Source: Phycisphaerae bacterium
GTDB lineage: Bacteria > Planctomycetota > Phycisphaerae > Phycisphaerales > SM1A02
Direction of reading: 5' to 3'
DNA: 18,665 nt
Assembly (NCBI GenBank): GCA_002862325.1
Contig: PKCT01000011.1
Span: forward strand, 1-18,665
The position numbers and the translations under genes are program-made. Under the pieces are notes generated by a model. That model made no database searches, had not been told where the DNA came from, and saw only the letters and a list, made by a program, of their open reading frames with translations. Shown in pieces: positions 15,043 through 18,665 of the stretch (position 1 is its first letter; each line of letters begins with the position of its first letter).

Positions 15043-16725
15043 GTGACAATGCCCGTATTCAAGATCAGACGTGTCGCATGGGGATTCTGCGTGCTCCCGC
15101 TGGCGTTCGGTCCGGGCACCGCACCGGCGTCCGCCGAAGACCTCGCCCGGGATCGTTCGCCGATCGCGATCTCCGACGTCTCTCTCCCCGCCGGTTTTCG
15201 TCTCACCGAAGAACGCGTGTCGCATCTCGCCGACCAGACGCGGATCGCACCGGATGGCATGCCGCGCGGATGGCGTCTTCGGGATACGGAGGAACCCAAG
15301 CCCCTCGACGTCGTCTTCGATTCGCCCATGCTGAGCGATCCGACCGGCCAACCCGCGTGGCTCTCGCCGCGGATCTTCGTCCGATGGTGCGACGACTGCC
15401 GGGTCGATGACCGAATTCGAGGCCTGGACCGTCTCGGGGTCGCGTTCGAGATACACGACTACCCCGCCATTCCCGGACTCTCACTTCTCGACCTCGACGT
15501 CGAGACCGGAGAGCAGGTGCTGAACGCGATCCGATCCATCAAGGACGATCCGTTCATTGACTTCGTGGAAGCGGACCTCATGGTGCGTGGTCGCAGCACG
15601 GTCCACCGGAGTTCCGATCCCTTGTTCGGGGATTCCTGGCAGCACCGAAATACCGGCCAATTGGGTGGTCTGCCGGGATTCGATCTACAGTCGCTCGCCG
15701 CCTGGACCGAGACGATCGGCACCGCCGACCACGCGGTCCTGGTCATCGACACCGGCGCGGAGGAATTCCATCCGGATCTCCAACTTGGAGCGGGTCGGGA
15801 TTTCACCACCGGCGAGGTCGAGGGCGTCGCGGGCGGGCTCCCGGGGAACCCATGCGACTCGCACGGAACCCCGGTCGCGGGATGCATCGCCGCGGTCCGG
15901 AACAACGGTCTGGGATCCGTCGGCATCGCACCGGCATCCAGGACGCTGAGTGTGCGCTGCATGGAAACCGATACGAGCGAGTGCAACGGGAGCTGGTGGG
16001 CATCGTGGAGCTGGACCGTGAACGCTCTGGACTGGGGCGTCGGCCAAGGCGTCCGCGTGACCAACAACAGCAACTTCTACGGCGGCGATCCCCAGTCGAT
16101 CGCAACCGCCTACGAGGCCACCCACGAGCAGGGCATGGTCCACTTCGCCAGCGCGGGAAACGACGGAGCCACGACGATGTACTTTCCCGCTCGCCTCCCC
16201 AGCGTCCACTCCGTCGGGGCCGCGAATCGCTTCGGCCGACGTGCGGATTTCTCGACCTACGGCCCCAACGTCACCATCTACGGTCCCGGGGCGGAGATTC
16301 CGGCCACCGATCGGGTCGGTGCCGCGGGCTACGCCGCGGGAGACTACGCCACCGTCTTCGGAACATCGTTCGCGTCGCCGCTGGTCGCAGGCGTCGCCTC
16401 GCTCATGTTAGACGTCAATCCCGACCTGACGCCGGACGAGATCATCCAGATCCTCCAGGCGACCTGCCGCGACATGGGAGCACCCGGTTTCGACATTGAG
16501 ACCGGCTGGGGACTCGTCCAGGCGGACGCCGCACTCGAGATGTCGGTGCCCGAACGGTGTCCCGGCGACCTCGACGACAGCGGACTTGTTGACAGTGGCG
16601 ACCTCGGTAGCATGCTGAGTTCCTGGGGACCCTGCATCGGATGCCCTGCAGATCTCAACGGGAACGAGGTCGTCGACGGCGACGACCTGGGCCTGTTCAT
16701 CAGCCTGTGGGGCCCCTGTCCCTGA
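15043..16725 (+). CDS. Secreted S8 family serine peptidase (subtilase) with an N-terminal propeptide and C-terminal tandem dockerin-like repeats
   Basis: ATG at 15043. The signal-like N-terminus is MTMPVFKIRRVAWGFCVLPLAFGPGTAPASA. The catalytic Asp is in VLVIDTGAEEFHPDL. The His is in DSHGTPVAGCIAA. The Asn is in FASAGNDG. The Ser is in GTSFASPLVAGVASL. The propeptide-like stretch is VLNAIRSIKDDPFIDFVEADLMV. The C-terminus is DLDDSGLVDSGDLGSMLSSWGPC + DLNGNEVVDGDDLGLFISLWGPCP. TGA at 16723..16725. Confidence 0.92.
   Translation: MTMPVFKIRRVAWGFCVLPLAFGPGTAPASAEDLARDRSPIAISDVSLPAGFRLTEERVSHLADQTRIAPDGMPRGWRLRDTEEPKPLDVVFDSPMLSDPTGQPAWLSPRIFVRWCDDCRVDDRIRGLDRLGVAFEIHDYPAIPGLSLLDLDVETGEQVLNAIRSIKDDPFIDFVEADLMVRGRSTVHRSSDPLFGDSWQHRNTGQLGGLPGFDLQSLAAWTETIGTADHAVLVIDTGAEEFHPDLQLGAGRDFTTGEVEGVAGGLPGNPCDSHGTPVAGCIAAVRNNGLGSVGIAPASRTLSVRCMETDTSECNGSWWASWSWTVNALDWGVGQGVRVTNNSNFYGGDPQSIATAYEATHEQGMVHFASAGNDGATTMYFPARLPSVHSVGAANRFGRRADFSTYGPNVTIYGPGAEIPATDRVGAAGYAAGDYATVFGTSFASPLVAGVASLMLDVNPDLTPDEIIQILQATCRDMGAPGFDIETGWGLVQADAALEMSVPERCPGDLDDSGLVDSGDLGSMLSSWGPCIGCPADLNGNEVVDGDDLGLFISLWGPCP
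16567..16722 (+). repeat. Two tandem dockerin-like (planctomycete-type 'DLNG-VVDG-DLG---WG-C') peptide repeats encoded at the 3' end of the subtilase gene
   Basis: Repeat 1 is encoded at 16567..about 16635 (DLDDSGLVDSGDLGSMLSSWGPC). Repeat 2 is at 16651..16722 (DLNGNEVVDGDDLGLFISLWGPCP). This is a protein-level repeat, not a DNA-level one. Confidence 0.6.
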
Positions 16726-16800
16726 CGCCCCCCCGCATCGAATCCGCGTGCAACCCGATCCACGAGCCAAACCGCCCATGCGGTCCTACCCTACGGACAC

Positions 16801-18665
16801 ATGAGCGACTCCCCTTTTCGACTTCGCAGTGAATTCTCCCCCACCGGCGACCAGCCGGCGGCGATCGACCAGTTGGTCGCCGGGATCAACGAGAACAGCC
16901 GAAGTCAGGTACTGCTCGGCGCCACCGGCACCGGCAAGACGTTCACCATGGCGAACGTCATCCAGCGGGTCGGACGGCCGACCCTGCTGATCAGTCACAA
17001 CAAGACGCTCGCCGCGCAGCTCTTCGAGGAACTCCGGGAGCTCTTTCCTCAGAACGCGGTCTCCTATTTCGTCTCCTACTACGACTACTACCAGCCCGAG
17101 GCCTATATTCCGGCTCGCGACATCTACATCGAGAAGGACGCGAGCCGCAACGACGATCTGGACCGCCTTCGCCTCGCAGCCACGAGCAGCCTGCTCAGTC
17201 GACGCGACGTCATCGTCGTCGCGAGCGTCTCCTGCCTCTACGGCCTGGGATCGCCGGACGAATACGCCAAGAAGATCGTCATGGTCGAGAAGGGACGCAT
17301 GCTCGATCGGCGGAAGTTCCTCCTCGGACTCGCGGACATGCAGTACGTGCGAAACGAGGTCGACCCGGTTCGCGGTCAGTATCGAGTCAAGGGCGACTGC
17401 ATCGAGGTCTTCCCGGCCTACGAGGAACACGGCGTCCGGATCGATCTCTGGGGAGACGACGTCGAAGGTCTCCAGCTCTTCGATCCCCTCACCGGAGAGC
17501 TGCTCGCGGAGGAGAACCGCGTGTTCATCTTCCCCGCGGTCCACTACGTCATGCCCGAGGATCACAAGGCGTCCGCCCTGGCCTCCATCAGAGCGGAACT
17601 GAACGAGCGGGTCGAGGATCTCAAGGAGGAGGGTAAGCTGCTCGAGGCCCAACGCCTTCTCGGCCGCACTCGCTACGACCTCGAGATGATCGAGGAGGTG
17701 GGATACTGCTCGGGGGTCGAGAACTACGCCCGGCACTTCGACGGCCGCAATCCGGGGGCCCGATCCTTCTGCCTCTTCGACTACTTCCGCCATGGTTTCG
17801 CCGGAGCCCACGCCGGCGACGGCCACGGCGACCCCGACGACTGGCTGGTCATGATCGACGAGAGCCACGTCACCATCCCGCAGATCCGAGGCATGTACTT
17901 CGGCGACCGCCGACGCAAGGAGACCCTGGTCGACCACGGGTTTCGGCTGCCGAGCGCCCTGGACAACCGGCCGTTGAAGTTCGAGGAGTTCGAGGAGCTC
18001 GTGCCACAGGCGATCTACGTCTCCGCCACCCCCGGACCCTACGAACTCGAAAAGGCCGAGGGGCTGGTGGTCGAACAGGTGATCCGTCCGACCGGACTCG
18101 TCGATCCACCGATCACGATCCTGCCCGCCCGCGGCCAGGTGCAGGATCTCACCGATCGCTGTCGCGAACGAGCGGAGAAGGGTGAGCGGGTGCTGGTCAC
18201 CGCGCTGACGAAGCGTCTCTGCGAGGAGCTCACGGACTGGCTCGAACGTCAGGGCCTGCGGGTTCGGTATCTCCATTCGGAGATCGACACGCTGGAACGA
18301 CTGGAGATCCTCACCGATCTTCGAGAAGGCGCCTTCGACATCCTGGTCGGGGTGAATCTCCTCCGGGAAGGTCTCGATCTTCCCGAGGTGTCGCTGGTAT
18401 GCATTCTCGACGCGGACAAGCAGGGGTTCCTCAGATCGACCTCCAGCCTGATCCAGACGATGGGCCGAGCCGCACGCAACGCCAACTCCGAGGCCATCAT
18501 GTACGCGGACTCGATCACCCCGGAGATGCAGGCCGCGATCGACGAGGTGGAGCGACGGCGAACCAGGCAGATCGCCTACAACGCCGAGCACGGCATCACG
18601 CCGGAGACCATCAAGAAGGCCATCCGACGCGGTATGGAACAGGAACTCGCGGCTCGGCGAACGGC
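16801..18665 (+). CDS. uvrB: Excinuclease ABC subunit B, 5' portion; the gene continues past the window end
   Basis: ATG at 16801 gives [115 protein letters not shown].., which is near-canonical UvrB. There is no stop before 18665, which is why it is absent from the ORF track. The 601-aa minus-strand ORF 16786..18591 is its antisense artefact. Confidence 0.95.
   Translation, partial: MSDSPFRLRSEFSPTGDQPAAIDQLVAGINENSRSQVLLGATGTGKTFTMANVIQRVGRPTLLISHNKTLAAQLFEELRELFPQNAVSYFVSYYDYYQPEAYIPARDIYIEKDASRNDDLDRLRLAATSSLLSRRDVIVVASVSCLYGLGSPDEYAKKIVMVEKGRMLDRRKFLLGLADMQYVRNEVDPVRGQYRVKGDCIEVFPAYEEHGVRIDLWGDDVEGLQLFDPLTGELLAEENRVFIFPAVHYVMPEDHKASALASIRAELNERVEDLKEEGKLLEAQRLLGRTRYDLEMIEEVGYCSGVENYARHFDGRNPGARSFCLFDYFRHGFAGAHAGDGHGDPDDWLVMIDESHVTIPQIRGMYFGDRRRKETLVDHGFRLPSALDNRPLKFEEFEELVPQAIYVSATPGPYELEKAEGLVVEQVIRPTGLVDPPITILPARGQVQDLTDRCRERAEKGERVLVTALTKRLCEELTDWLERQGLRVRYLHSEIDTLERLEILTDLREGAFDILVGVNLLREGLDLPEVSLVCILDADKQGFLRSTSSLIQTMGRAARNANSEAIMYADSITPEMQAAIDEVERRRTRQIAYNAEHGITPETIKKAIRRGMEQELAARRT

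Noticed and set aside
16726-16800. SOS (LexA) box upstream of uvrB
   Set aside because: No recognisable LexA-type palindrome is present in the 75-nt upstream region. There is only a short CCGC-CCAT-GCGG hairpin at about 16775..16786.
1-18665. Mobile element, prophage, CRISPR array or defence island
   Set aside because: No transposase, integrase or recombinase motifs were found. No terminal inverted repeats flank a block. No regularly spaced direct repeats occur. GC content and gene style are uniform apart from short intergenic dips. The window looks like core chromosome.

Overview
This is an 18.7-kb, GC-rich (roughly two-thirds GC) bacterial chromosomal window of ordinary, densely packed genes. 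There is no transposase, no integrase, no CRISPR array, and no rRNA or tRNA. The C-terminal dockerin-like 'DLNGN-VVDGDDLG---WG-C' repeats on the secreted subtilase suggest a Planctomycetota-like lineage; this is an inference. I support 15 protein-coding genes.

Gene order, left to right:
- A leftward hflK/hflC-like SPFH pair: the HflC-like 5' fragment at 1..101 and an HflK-like protein at 160..2304 that carries an unusual N-terminal polytopic domain.
- A lone ABC-2 permease on + at 2574..3611.
- A leftward operon of two tandem secreted NfeD-like proteins plus a small membrane protein at 3626..6779. NfeD proteins are ClpP-class proteases that are the known partners of SPFH proteins. The second paralog appears to lack its catalytic motifs.
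- A leftward housekeeping operon with overlapping start and stop codons at 6957..10543: a TIM-barrel isomerase-like gene, then cmk, plsC and the CCA-adding enzyme gene.
- A 595-nt non-coding gap at 10544..11138. It holds an orphan intrinsic-terminator hairpin and a structured leader in front of gcvH.
- gcvH at 11139..11516.
- A MacB/LolD-type ABC ATPase at 11597..12361 and an 868-aa double-FtsX permease at 12315..14921, overlapping by 47 nt.
- A secreted S8 subtilase with C-terminal dockerin-like repeats at 15043..16725.
- The 5' 1.86 kb of uvrB at 16801..18665. It is absent from the ORF track because it runs off the window.

Most long ORFs in the track are antisense or out-of-frame artefacts of high GC content.

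The points most worth follow-up are:
- the SPFH/NfeD neighbourhood, with the polytopic HflK fusion and the candidate pseudoprotease paralog;
- the orphan terminator, which may mark a small RNA;
- the gcvH leader, which may be a riboswitch.

I cannot verify any homology by search here. All protein calls rest on motifs I can read directly.
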